NCBI GenBank assembly: GCA_030390025.1
Contig: CM059432.1
Coordinates: 111,478,001-111,542,000 of the forward strand
Length of the DNA: 64,000 nucleotides
Reading direction: 5' to 3'
Origin: Squalus acanthias
Taxonomy: Eukaryota
Part shown: positions 51,445-62,781 of the stretch, piece by piece
How positions within the stretch are numbered: the first letter of the stretch is position 1
How the letters are laid out: each line of letters opens with the position of its first letter
Program-made: the position numbers and the translations under genes
The notes under the pieces: model-generated
Told to the model about the DNA's origin: nothing
Seen by the model: only the letters and a program-made list of their open reading frames with translations
Database searches by the model: none

Positions 51445-51603
51445 CATGATGCGGAGATGCCGGTGTTGGACTGGGGTGGACAAAAGTGAGAAGTCGCACA
51501 ACACCAGGTCACTTCACCTGACGAAGGAGCAGCGCTCCGAAAGCTTGTGATTTCAAATAAACCTGTTGGACTATAACCTGGTGTTGTGCGACTTCTCACT
51601 TCG
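51445..51603. mobile_element. 159-bp fold-back Penelope-type mini-insertion (family B)
   Basis: Same terminus (CATGATGCGGAGATGCCGG) as 8433; inverted repeat 51484-51509/51576-51601; TSD ATTTTATAAC at 51435-51444 and 51604-51613. Confidence 0.85.
51514..51550 (+). ncRNA. Minimal hammerhead ribozyme (family B)
   Basis: UCAC-CUGACGA-A-GGAGC-AGC-GCUCC-GAAA-GC-UU-GUGA: stem I UCAC/GUGA, stem II GGAGC/GCUCC, palindromic stem III AGCU. Confidence 0.85.
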
Positions 51604-52846
51604 ATTTTATAACGACAAGTGCATTGCACCATGTAACACGCAAGGTACTATTCTGCAGGTGAAATGGAGCGTTATGCAACCTGATGTGTCCCGTTAAGGC
51701 TACCTGCCTAATTGCTGTAAACATGCACACCGCTGCGGTCAGTTGGAGGGTATTTGATTCGCTATGGATTGTCTGCTACATATAATTCCCTTGCCCCCAA
51801 GGTCAGAAAAGCCAAGAGGAAATAACTGCTTTTTTTTTGACACTCGGAAGTGTAACACCTATTGTGTGATGGACACCTCTTAGGAAGTGGATCGAACGTC
51901 ATTGCTTACAGTAAGGCCAATGATAGACTTCCATGACAACAGGAGCAGTACGCCATGCGACACACACTGTATCATGGTGCTGCTAAGATGGAGTTGTGTT
52001 TAGCTTGGCCTGGCTGTAGGGCTCATCCTGAGTCAATTAGAGGTTACTTACTGTTGGTGAGGAAAGCATCTGCTTGTAAATTCCTGGCTCCAGGTCAGGT
52101 GAAACCAGTAAGAAATAACTGCTTTTCCTCTTGTTTTAATACTTTTAGCACCTTGATATCAGAAATGTGATGAGCTGCACACAGGGTGCAAGACTTAATA
52201 CCAGCAGATCACCCATGTTGTTACTTACAGGGAGTCATAGGATACAACTCTATATCGTGTTTTATAATCGCATTATAGCATGCAACAAGCAATGTATACA
52301 ATATCGCTGATTTACTATGACTGATTATGCACAAAAAAATGAGACCTTGGGGATCTCCCCTTCCTCACACACAAAGGTCAGGAAAAAAGGGTGTAGACCC
52401 ATTATATAGCATTGCTGTGCCTTTACATTGAATCTGTCTCTTTCCTATTCCCTCAAGATTTTTGTTTTGCTTTCCCTGTATTTGTCTTGCTGTGTCTGTG
52501 TGTTTCTCTCTCACCCTGGTATACTTCTTTGTATCACTGTATGACTCTTTGGGGGAAAAATTCAGTTGGTTGCGCCTCCCGTTAGCGCCTTAAGAGGGCG
52601 CTAATGGGGCGCAAAGCCGCTAGCGCCCGGGCGCAGCGATGTTTGCGCCGCTCGGGAACTTAACTAGACATTGTGCGGCGGCGCTAAACCTTACCGCTGC
52701 GACCACCTGCGCGCGCAGATTGTGATGTCATTCCATGGTGCAACGCCCTTGTGGCGCCCCGGAGCGGAAATTGAGTGGCGCCCCCTGCCTTACCGCCTGG
52801 CGCATCCAACGACCGGAATCAATTGCTGTGGGGCTGGGGGGGGCGC

Positions 52847-52854
52847 TATTTAAA
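52847..52854 (+). promoter_or_regulatory. Possible TATA-like box of the Harbinger transposase
   Basis: TATTTAAA in a GC-rich subterminal region about 200 bp upstream of the ATG; positional inference only. Confidence 0.35.
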
Positions 52855-53050
52855 GGGGGCCTCTTCCTGTCTTTTTCTGTGGTTGACATTTTTGCACCAC
52901 TCGTTCTGAGAGAGAGAGAGAGAGATTCGGAGAGAGAGAAAGAGAGACTTCTGCATTGAGTCAACGCTTTGTGAGGTAGTTTTGCCTACTGATCCTAACT
53001 TCGCTGGTACTTTGGTTGCAGTCCTTCATAACTTTGCTTGCAAAGAGACT

Positions 53051-54175
53051 ATGCGGGCTGCACTGAATGGGGGCGTCGTCCTGCTCCAGCTGAATCGGAG
53101 GGCACAGAGACGCAGAGAGAGAGTGGCAATGATGGCCAGATGGAGAGCTTACCCTCCCAGGGTATATCGTGAACAGCTCTCCTACATTCATTTGTCTGAG
53201 GAGCTGTGTTTGCGAAGGCTGCGATTCAGCAAGGAGGTGGTCACTGAGCTCTGCCACCTGCTGCAGCCAGATCTGCAGCCTCAACTGAGGTCCAGGACGT
53301 CTCTGTCGGTGGCAGTGAAGGTCACAGTGGCTCTCCACTTCTATGCTACTGGCTCATTTCAAGATGCTGCTGGGGACCTCGCCAATATCTCCCAGTTCGC
53401 GGTGCATTGCTGCATCCGGCAGGTCACAAATGCCCTCTTTAAAAGGAGACGAGAGTTCATCTCTTTCCCCATGACCCCAGACAAGCAGCGTGACCGCGCT
53501 CTGGGCTTTGCGAGGATAGTGGGCTTCCCCATGGTGCAGGGCGCCATTGACTGCACGCATGTGGCTTTGCGTGCTCCACATGAGAATGCCGAGGAATTCC
53601 GGAACAGAAAGGGGTTCCATTCCTTGAATGTTCAGTTGGTCTGTGACCACAGACAGCTGATACTCGTTATCAATGCCCACTATCCTGGCAGCTGCCACGA
53701 TGCTTTCATCCTGCGCCAGACTACTGTGGCAGAACTTTTCGAGGCACCGCATCAGCCAGTTGGTTGGCTTCTCGGGGACAAGGGGTATCCATTGAGCACC
53801 TGGCTGATGACACCGCTCCGTACGCCCAACACCCCTGCTGAGCTGCGGTACAACGAGAGCCATCAAGCTACCAGGAACATCATTGAGCGCACAATCGGCG
53901 TGCTGAAGCAACGGTTCCGCTGTCTCGACCATTCTGGAGGAGCCCTGCAGTACTCGCCTGAGCGAGTATCCAACTTCGTAGTTGTGTGCTGCATGTTGCA
54001 TAACATGGCAATCGTCAGGGCCCAGCCAATGCCACCAGGCCTTGGAGCACCACCAGAGGAGGAGGAGGAAGAGGACGAGGAGGATGATCATCAGCAGCAC
54101 CAAGGCGGGAGGGCGGCCCACAATGGTGAAACTGCAAGGGCCGTCCATCAACGGCTGATAGCAAGCCGCTTCTAG
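53051..54175 (+). CDS. Harbinger DDE transposase (HARBI1-family nuclease)
   Basis: Open frame with motifs RRLRFSK, FYATGSFQ, GAIDCTH, GSCHD, LLGDKGY, IERTIGVLKQRFRCL. First in-frame ATG at 53051. Confidence 0.92.
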   Translation: MRAALNGGVVLLQLNRRAQRRRERVAMMARWRAYPPRVYREQLSYIHLSEELCLRRLRFSKEVVTELCHLLQPDLQPQLRSRTSLSVAVKVTVALHFYATGSFQDAAGDLANISQFAVHCCIRQVTNALFKRRREFISFPMTPDKQRDRALGFARIVGFPMVQGAIDCTHVALRAPHENAEEFRNRKGFHSLNVQLVCDHRQLILVINAHYPGSCHDAFILRQTTVAELFEAPHQPVGWLLGDKGYPLSTWLMTPLRTPNTPAELRYNESHQATRNIIERTIGVLKQRFRCLDHSGGALQYSPERVSNFVVVCCMLHNMAIVRAQPMPPGLGAPPEEEEEEDEEDDHQQHQGGRAAHNGETARAVHQRLIASRF

Positions 54176-54487
54176 GGCCCCTGCTGTGGAAATGGCTTCT
54201 GCCATTGCTAACAACATCAATGAACCCAGCACGCAACCCCTAAGCCGGCCAAGGCACCAATGATTCCAAACACCAAACATGTATATTTTGAATACAAAAA
54301 CTTATTTATTTTACAAACTCTGTGTGTGTCATTTCCTCATGACAAACTCATAGAAATAAACACAAAAAAACAGTCATTAACATAACTGGTTCTCACAACC
54401 TGGAGATAATGTCCAAAACACTAGACAAAAGTTGGACCACGAACCTCGGCCTTTAATAAAAAAATGACCAGCATTTTGTCACACCTC

Positions 54488-56359
54488 CTACTTTTTGCCC
54501 TTCGAGGGTGATCTCCTTCCCTTGCGCACTTCCCCCCTTCTAACCCTACTGCTCCTCCGTAATGGGACCTCAGTGGCTGCAGCAAGGCTGGTGGAAGGCT
54601 GCAGATTGTCAGACCCCGACACTGCAGATGCCCCTGAAGGACGGCCTCGACCAGTTCTGGGCCTGGAGGGCCCGGCTGCAGACTGCACCAACTCTGCATA
54701 GGCAGCAGCAGTCTGTCCTACAGGCGGTGGCAACTGCAGTGGAGAAGTGACAGTGTTGGCAGCAGGAATGCTGTCATCGTGAGAGAGGACAGCAACTCCC
54801 TGCTTGCCCGACACACTGGCACTCCCACGGGGCAGCACTTCAGCATCCGGAGCAATCTGCTGGAGCACAGATTGCTGGCCTGCTGCGGTGCGGTGAGAGC
54901 CCCGGGGACATGTGAACGAACCATTGAGGTTGGCAGCAGTCAATGCTCGCGTGGCCTCAATCTGAGTCTGCATGAGAGCAGTCAGAGATGGGATCACGGC
55001 AGTCAGTGACTGAATTGCAGCACTAAGCGTTAGTGTGGCATCCGCCTGTGCTACAGCGAAGTGCTCCACACTCCTTGCCAGTGACTCAATGCATTCGGGC
55101 ACCCTTCCCACTGCACCCATGAGCTCAGTGTGCATGCCCACCGCCTGGGTGTTCATTTCTGCGATCAGCCGCTCCTCCTCTGCGTCCATTGCAGTAGGAG
55201 TCGCTGGCATACTCTCCCTCTGGGGAGAAGGCCCCCGTTCTTCCCTACCCCCATGGTGTTGCTGCAGCCCGCTGGGTCCTGGAGCTTCACCCTCATCAGA
55301 CCGTTCCCCCCTGCTCCCCTCCAGGGAAGGCATGTTCCCAGTGTGGGCATGGGCTTCCTCGGGAGAGGGTGGCACTGATGCTCCGGCTTCCTCTTCCTCC
55401 TCGGCTGCAGCTTCACTCCCACTGGCAGCTTCAGGGCCCGTCTCCTCAGCTGGTGAATCACCATCTGAAAGCAGGGAGGTACAAGAGTGGCTTTAGCGTG
55501 AGGACAGGGTGGCAGTAAGGGAGGAATAAGTGCAGCGCGTTAGCAAGTTGGATTGAAAGTGTCAAAGGCTGGTGTTGTGAGGGACAAGTGGAAGGACAGA
55601 GGACAAAAAGGTGATGACCTTACCATTGCTGTCCAGAACGGGGTCGGCGTCTCCAGTGGCGACGGGACCGATCACCCGGCTTGCCACAATCCTGTGGACG
55701 CGCTCCTCAAGATCGCTGAGGGGTTGCAGCTGAGGCCGCCCTCCACCTGTCCGTTGCTGCTGTCTCCTATTATGCGCCAGCTTGGACTGCAAGTAAAAGG
55801 ACAGCATCTGAGTAAATATACAGCCATGGTCTTGCCTGATGTGCCTCCCATAGGTGAATAGCCCTTACTGTATGCAGCCATGGTCTTGCCTGATGTGCCT
55901 CCCATAGGTGAATAGCCCTTACTGTATGCAGCCATGGTCTTGCCTGATGTGCCTCCCATAGGTGAATAGCCCTTACTGTATGCAAAGTGTGGAATGTGTG
56001 TGTGTGTTTGATGAAAGGGCCATAGGTGTTGGATGAGTGTTGTGCATTGGGGTTTTAAGACCCTCTGGCCATAGTGAGGTTGAGATGGAGGGATGGAGAG
56101 GTATTGAGAAAAAGCCACTCACCCTGACGACCCGAGTGAGGTCGTTCAACTTTTTGCGGCATTGAACATGGGTCCTGGGCACCATGCTCCTGGAGGAGAC
56201 GCTCTGAGCCACCTCCCTCCACACTCTTCTGTACTCGCGTGGCAAAGGCCTCCTGCCACTCTCAGGGAAGAGTATACATCTTCTGCGCTCCACCGCGCCA
56301 ACCAGAGCATCCAAGGCCCGCTCGGTGAAGCGCTGAGCTCGTTCTCTCACCCTCTCCAT
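54488..56359 (-). CDS. Harbinger Myb/SANT-like DNA-binding protein, 3 exons (56359-56123, 55786-55624, 55464-54488; 458 aa)
   Basis: MERVRERAQRF...W..VA..V...RT..QCRKKLNDL trihelix motif; GTGAGT/TTGCAG and GTAAGG/TTTCAG splice sites; 237+163+977=1377 nt in one frame. Confidence 0.88.
55821..55982. repeat. 54-bp tandem repeat x3 in intron 1 of the Myb-like gene
   Basis: CAGCCATGGTCTTGCCTGATGTGCCTCCCATAGGTGAATAGCCCTTACTGTATG, three identical copies. Confidence 0.95.
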
Positions 56360-56792
56360 CCTTGGCAGCAAAATGGATTCACAGGTCTCTCCAGGCCGAG
56401 ATTCAAGGCTGCAATGAGCAGGGTGTGGCTGGGGAGCAAGTTGGCCCCCCCGCTTTAAGAACTGGCCGGCGCCAGTGTGTCTGTGTTCCCTCGCTAACTG
56501 GCAGCACCTGCGCTGCACTCGCGCGCTGAGTTAGCGCCTCACTGCTCGGCCTTTGCGCCTTAAGACAGGTGTGCAGCGCCTGATTTAGCGCTCCACTCAC
56601 CTCCCGGGGCGGTAAAAGTGAAGTTTCCAGTCAGTGGCGATAATTAGCGCCAGGCGCTAATATTTGCGTGCAGACGATATTTGTGCCCCAAACGGGGCGC
56701 GACCTAATTTTTCCCCCTTTTTCTTATTGTTTCTGTCACATTCTTTCAGTGACTGTTAAACAACCATAATCAATACATGAGGCAAGAGGCAG

Positions 56793-59006
56793 TGTAACAG
56801 AGTGAGAGAGCAACGATATGCAAGCTGTAGGATGTTGCGAGCTCTATATCCGAGATAGGGATACACCTTTAAGAAGTTGTATAAAAGGCGATGTAGCTTT
56901 AAGAGATCATTGAGCTGAATTGCCTTTAATCAGGAACGACTCCCAGCCTGCAGGGAAATGGTTCAGTTGGACAGAGAGAAACTGAGAGGGATAAGAGTTA
57001 GGCTGGAAAGTAATACTGCCTTGTTCATCACTGCAAGTAAAGACACCAATGGTTGAATAAACATCCCTTGTTTTAAGCTCTGGTCTGTGCTTCCAATTGA
57101 CCACTGGGTCCTGGGCCTGCTTCAGCTTGTTGCACATGTTGTCAGAAGTGGGATTTTGGCATGCTGAGAGAGGCCAAGATCCACCATCATGGAGGAAATG
57201 CTGCGAGCGTTCAGGCAGGCCACATTGGTACAACATGAGCAAACTAACAAGATTCTGGATCTCCAGCAAGAAAAAAATCAGACCTTGATGGTGAAAGTGG
57301 AAAGAATGGAGATCCAGAATTTGATGCGGAGATTGGTGTCTGGAGGATCCAAGGTGACATACCCGCGGCCTGTCCGGCCGGGCGAGGGACCCGCGGCCTG
57401 TCCGGCCGGGCGAGGGACCCGCGGCCTGTCCGGCCGGGCGAGGGACCCGCGGCCTGTCCGGCCGGGCGAGGGACCCGCGGCCTGTCCGGCCGAGCTTGTT
57501 ATTACAAAAGATGACTCCAGATGACGATGTGGAAATGAACCTTCAGGCCTTTGAGCAATGAGCAGCATGAGAAAAGTAGATAAAAACTCAGCTGGCAGGG
57601 ATTCTGGCTCCTTTTTTGGTAGGAGACACCCAAAAGGCAAACTGACTTGGAACTGACAAATGCAGCTGATTACCAGATGCTGAAGGAGGAAATCTTGGGC
57701 CGTACTGGAGTAACCCCCATGGCGAGAGCTCGACGGTTTCAAGTCTGGGCCTATGAAGTAGGGAAACCTCCAAGATCACAGATGTGCGACCTGATAGCAC
57801 CCGGCCCGGCGATGGCTGCAACCCGAGACAAATAACCCGGCGAAGATCATGGAGCTGGTTGTCATGGACCGTTTCATCCCCGCTCTATCCCGAACGTCAG
57901 GAGATGGGTCAGACTAGGAGAGCCGATGGACGCCCAGAAGTTGGTGGCCTTAGTAGAGCGACATCTAGCGGTGGAGGAAATGGCTCGTGATGGAGGAGGC
58001 GTCCCCTCCAGGACCATGTGGCTCCCTTCTAGCGTGAAGAAACGCGGAGATCCCGGTAAAACTATATGGGGGAAGGGGATTGCTGAAGTGCAGCAAGAAT
58101 CTGTGAAGGAACATTGTAACCCCTTTGATAAAATTAAAAATGTTAATAAGCTGTTAAGGTGTTCTCGTTGTCATGGGTTAGGGCATATTGCAAGACTATG
58201 TCCTAACATTGGGGAACCGATGGACTGTAGTCTGAGAAACCAGAACCCAGCCTCTGGGGAGGATTATTTGATTGGCATCGTGTAAACTGTGAGTCAAGTG
58301 GAGGCCACCCATTGTTTTTTAAAGCCCATAAAGTTAAATGGTAAAGAGGTCACTGATTCCGGTAGTGCCGTGACCTTGGTAGCTGTCCAATCTGGTCCCA
58401 CCTTCCCAGTTACTTCATGGGTACAAAATCGGGGTATGGTGTGAGCATGAGGATGTGCAGTAATAGCCCGCTGCTACAGTGACTTCAGAGTATGATGGAA
58501 ACAGTCAGGCAATTTATCGCAGGGATAGTTCAGGCCTCCCTCAACCAGTGATCTCGGAAAGGGATCTCCCGGAATTTGAAGCCCTCATTTCAAACGAGGT
58601 TCAGAACAGGTCTGTGTCAGATACAGACACGAATGAGGAGTTCGCTCAAGCACAGCTTAAGGAAGGCAGCTTTGACGGTCAACCCAGGGAAATGCTATTT
58701 GGGTTTGTCGAAGGCGTGTTACTTGGAATATGTAGTCGGGGGCAGAATAGTTAAGCCCCAGCTTGACAAAGTAGAGACTATTGATGAAATGGCCCAGACC
58801 CGTGACAAAAAAACAAGAATGAATTTTTCTGGGCCTCGTTGGATATTATCGATGATTTATCCTAGACTTCGCCACCAGGGCGGCCCATTTGACAGATCTA
58901 ATCAAATCTCGGCAGCTGACGAGGTGAATAAACCTCCCTTGTTTTAAGATCTTGTCTGTGTGTCTAATTGACCACTGGGTCCTGGGCCTGCTTCAGCTTG
59001 TTGCAC
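56793..59006 (+). mobile_element. Internally deleted Gypsy (Gmr1-like) LTR retrotransposon with a SCAN-like gag
   Basis: Direct repeats ending TTGTTGCACA at 57135 and 59006; PBS-like TGTTGTCAGAAGTGGGAT after the 5' LTR; gag remnant with SCAN-like segment and CSRCHGLGHIARLC knuckle; DSGS protease motif; RT fragment YLEYVVG. Left edge uncertain. Confidence 0.75.
57361..57492. repeat. 28-bp GC-rich minisatellite, ~4.7 perfect copies
   Basis: Unit ACCCGCGGCCTGTCCGGCCGGGCGAGGG. Confidence 0.95.
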
Positions 59007-59009
59007 AGT

Positions 59010-61685
59010 ATCAAGCTGAAAGAAATGGCGTACACAAATACAATGACTGGGAAAGCTGTAAAAGGCATCAAAGAGATTCAAAGAAAGTAATAAGAGGTGC
59101 CAAAAGGGAATATGAAAACAAAACTGGCAAGGTCTATCATAGCTAACAGTAAAAGTTTTTAGCAATATATTAAGAGAAAGAGGAAATATAAAGGAAATGT
59201 GGGCCCAATGGACAATAAGAAAAATAAGTAAAGACTTATTTAATGAGTCCTTTTTCATTTTTTTTACATTGGAGAAAGAGGACAAAATACCAGCGGTACA
59301 AGGGAACCTAAAAATAAATCAAGGGAAGGAACTTAATGGATTTATACCGGGCCAGAAATTCGGCTCTTGTCGGGTGAGTACGCGCTGTGTACTCACCCGT
59401 AAGGCCACCTGAAGTGCCGGTTTCCTGCATGCACTGCGCATGCGCGGGAAACCGGAACTTCTGTTCCCCTGAAGGGAGGGGTTCAGAAGTCTAACGCGTG
59501 CGCGGGAGAGGCTGCGTGTACGCAGCGAACTTCAGGTTTTTTTTCAGGTTTCTCCGGGAGGGTAAGTATGAAGAAGCTGCACATTTAAAAAGGAGGCGCA
59601 AGGCCTGTTTTTAACAAGGTAAGTGGTTAATTAATTACAATTTAAACATTTTTTCAACAGGTTTATCTTTTTTAGATACTTTAAAGAAAGGTACGTTTAT
59701 TTTTAGCACCGTTAAAAAGTCTAATTAATTTTTTCAAAAATTTAAATTTTTGTTTAAAGTAGTTAATTTATGTAACTTAGTTATTTTAAAAATGTGATGT
59801 TTTTTAAAAAAATTATTTGAAGTTTAAGTGTGGTTTTGGGGCCGATCTCTATTCATAGATTTGACAGGTCTTACTGTCAAATCTATGAATGAAAATGCCC
59901 TGCTAGGATTGGCTCTCCATGGCCCACGTGATCCCAGGGGACGCTTCGAACTAACTGCGCCCCTGGGATACGCGAGCACTGCACACCGGCGGCAGCTGCA
60001 GGAGGCCCAGGACCCGAAGTCCGTCGTGGGCCCAAAGCACAACTGCAGGCGCGGTAGGCAAGTACGCGCGTGATGCTTGCACCCGCAGGAAGCCAGAAAG
60101 CCGAATTTCTGGCCCATCATGTTTTTTAATGGTAATGGAGAAAATAATGGGAATTCAGATAAACTAATCTCCAGGGCCTGATGATTTCCACTCCAGAGTA
60201 TTCAAAGAAATAGGTGAGAAAATTACAGGTGCAATATTCAGAATTTTCCAAAGCTCTCTGGATTCAGGAATTGTTCCTTTGGATTGGAAAATTGCAAATG
60301 TCACTCCATTATTTAAGAAGGGCGAGAGAGGGAAACCAGCTAACTACAGACCCATCAGTTTATCATGAGTTGTGGGGCTGTTACTAGAATCTATCATCAG
60401 AGATAGAATGACTGAGCACTTGGACAAGTATCAGCTGATCAACGAGAGTCAGTATGGATCTGTGAAGGGTAGAGTATGTCTGACTAATCTAGTTTAATAT
60501 TATGAGACGGTCTCTAGCCTGGTGGATAGGGGAGTGTCTATGGATGTTGTCTGTATGGACTTCCAGAGGGCAATTGATACGGTTCCACACAAGAGATTAT
60601 TAATAAAAATGGAAGCGGAATTGGAGGTATCTTGTGACATGGGTCAGTAAATTGGTTGGGAGGTAGAAGACAAGAGAGTCAGGTTCTCTGATTTGTGGAC
60701 TGTGACAAGTGGTGCTCCCCAGCGATCAATACTGGGGCCTTAGCTTTTCACCATATATATTAATTACTTGGATAAAGCAATAGAGAGTTGTATATCCAGG
60801 TTTGCAAATGACACTAAGCTGGGAGGCACAGTAAGTTATATAGATGGGAGGAGGAATTTGCAAAGGGACATAGACAGACTAAGTGAGTGGGCAAAACTAT
60901 GGCGGATGGAGTTCAATATAGGGAAGTGTAGAGGTAATCCACTTTGGATCTACGAAAAACAAATCAGAACACTTTCGTAATGGTGGGAGCCTAGGAGCTG
61001 TGGAGGAGCAAAGGGATTTGGGTGTCCATGTAGACAAACCATTAAAATCTAGTGCACGGGTACAAAAAGTCTAACGGAATGTTGGCCTTTATCTCAAGGG
61101 TATTGAAATTCAAAAGTGAGGAAGTGATGCTTCAGTTGTACGGAGCCTTGGTCAGACCCCAGCTAGAGCACTGCATTCAGTTTTGGACACCGAACCTCAG
61201 GAAAGATATATTGGCCTTGGAAGGGGGTACAGCACAGATTCACTAGAATGATACTGGGGCTTAAGGGGTTAAATTGTGGGGTTAAATGAATAAGGTTGCA
61301 TAAACTTGGCATGTATTCCCTTGAGTTTAGAAGGTTGAGGAGTGATCTTATCAAGGTATTAAAAATGATAGAGAGATTCAATAGGGTAGATACAGAGAAA
61401 CTATTTCCTCTGGTGCAGGAATCCAGGACAAGGGAGCATAATTGTAAAATTAGAGCTGTGCCATTTCGGAGTGAAATCAAGAAGCACTTTTTCACTAAGT
61501 GTAGTGGAAATCTGGAACTCTCTTCCCCAAAAGATCAATTGAAAATTTAAGACTAAGATTGATAGATTTATGGGATATGGGACAAAGGTGGGTAAATGGA
61601 GTTGAGGTACAGATTAGCCTTGATCTAATTGAATAGTAGCACAGGCACGAGAGGCTAAATGGCTTAGTCCTGTTCCTATATTCCT
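59010..61685 (+). mobile_element. Decayed CR1
   Basis: RT peptides FANDTKLGG and LEHCIQFW. Confidence 0.8.
59349..60115. mobile_element. MITE (Harbinger-like)
   Basis: TIR GGGCCAGAAATTCGGCT/AGCCGAATTTCTGGCCC; flanks ACC/ATC; interrupts a CR1. Confidence 0.8.
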
Positions 61686-62781
61686 CGAGTGACGTACCCA
61701 GTATCTATCTTGACGACTTTTTTTAAACATAGGGTATGCAAGTTTGGAGTTAGAGTTTAGGTCAAGGGGGTTGTGGCCTGGAGGGAAGTTGGGGGAAGTG
61801 TTAAGCTTAGGAGTAATCATGGATGTTGGAGCTCTGGCGACGGACAAGAGCCCTTCCACAGACTGGCCTGACCTATGAAGTCTTCACTTTTTTCCCCACT
61901 CCCCTCTTCAGCTGTATAAGAATTATGAGGCTGTCCCCAGCTCCAACATTAATGCACTGGACAAAATAATTATGCAAAGTGGTAATGTGCAACATTGCTG
62001 ATAAAGATTAGTGCCCAGGAGCCCCAGGCACCTCAACCTGGGCCTACACATTCAGAGTAAAACCCAGACCAGAGTGGTGTTCTGATGAGAGGGCGAGGCG
62101 TGACTAGGGTATTGGGAGAAATCCATCTGGAAAAGTAAGTTAACATGGCTGTTAATTTGATATTTTTATACAAAACATAATTCAGCTATCTCTCAAACTG
62201 CTAGGCAGGGTGGATGGGGCAAGATTTATAATCTGCAAGTCCCTGCGTGCTCTGTAAATGTTTACTCATGTTCAATCATAACAAAAAATCTGTTGTCTAC
62301 TTTGCTTTCCTGCTCAGCTGCCACCTGTCTTCCCAATTCCCCAGTACATTCAAGTTCTGCTGTCGCTTATCCTGTTCAGCTTTGGAGTCTACCACCTTTA
62401 TTAGCTTATAGATCATTATATAATCAATAATTGTTTTTGAATTTAAACAATAAATAGAGCATAAGTGTTAATCATACCTGGAGGGTGTTGAGGTGTGGTG
62501 GGTCTGGAGCATGGATATTGGATTGTTGTAAAACTCCAGCTGGTTTACTAATGTCCTTTTAGGGAAGGAAACATGGCCTGTATGTGACTCCAGTCCCACA
62601 CCAACATAGTTGACTCTTAAGTGGCCGAGAAAGCCACTCAGTTGTATCAAACTCCGGGCAGCTAGGGATGGACAATGAATGTGATCCTTGCCACATCCTG
62701 AGAATGAATAAAAAAAGCACAGTCATGTGTCTTGCAGGGCCTACCTTGGCTTACTGCTTTGTATTGTGAGCTTGTCATTAA

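Larger units (their letters stand above)
52551..56717. mobile_element. Autonomous PIF/Harbinger DNA transposon, apparently intact
   Basis: TIR GGGGGAAAAATT / AATTTTTCCCCC; 3-bp flanks TTT/TTT; convergent transposase and Myb/SANT genes; repeated subterminal TAGCGCC motifs. Confidence 0.93.

Noticed and set aside
53051..54175. Domesticated HARBI1 host gene
   Set aside because: Flanked by TIRs and paired with a Myb gene, so it is a transposon ORF.
53354..54280. 308-aa antisense ORF over the transposase
   Set aside because: No recognisable motifs; typical shadow ORF of a GC-rich coding strand.
57361..57492. Possible CRISPR-like array (also 55821-55982)
   Set aside because: Head-to-tail repeats with no spacers; eukaryotic context.
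62010..62125. CTGATGA and a CACCTCAAC hairpin resembling ribozyme parts
   Set aside because: Could not build a complete hammerhead or HDV-like fold by eye.
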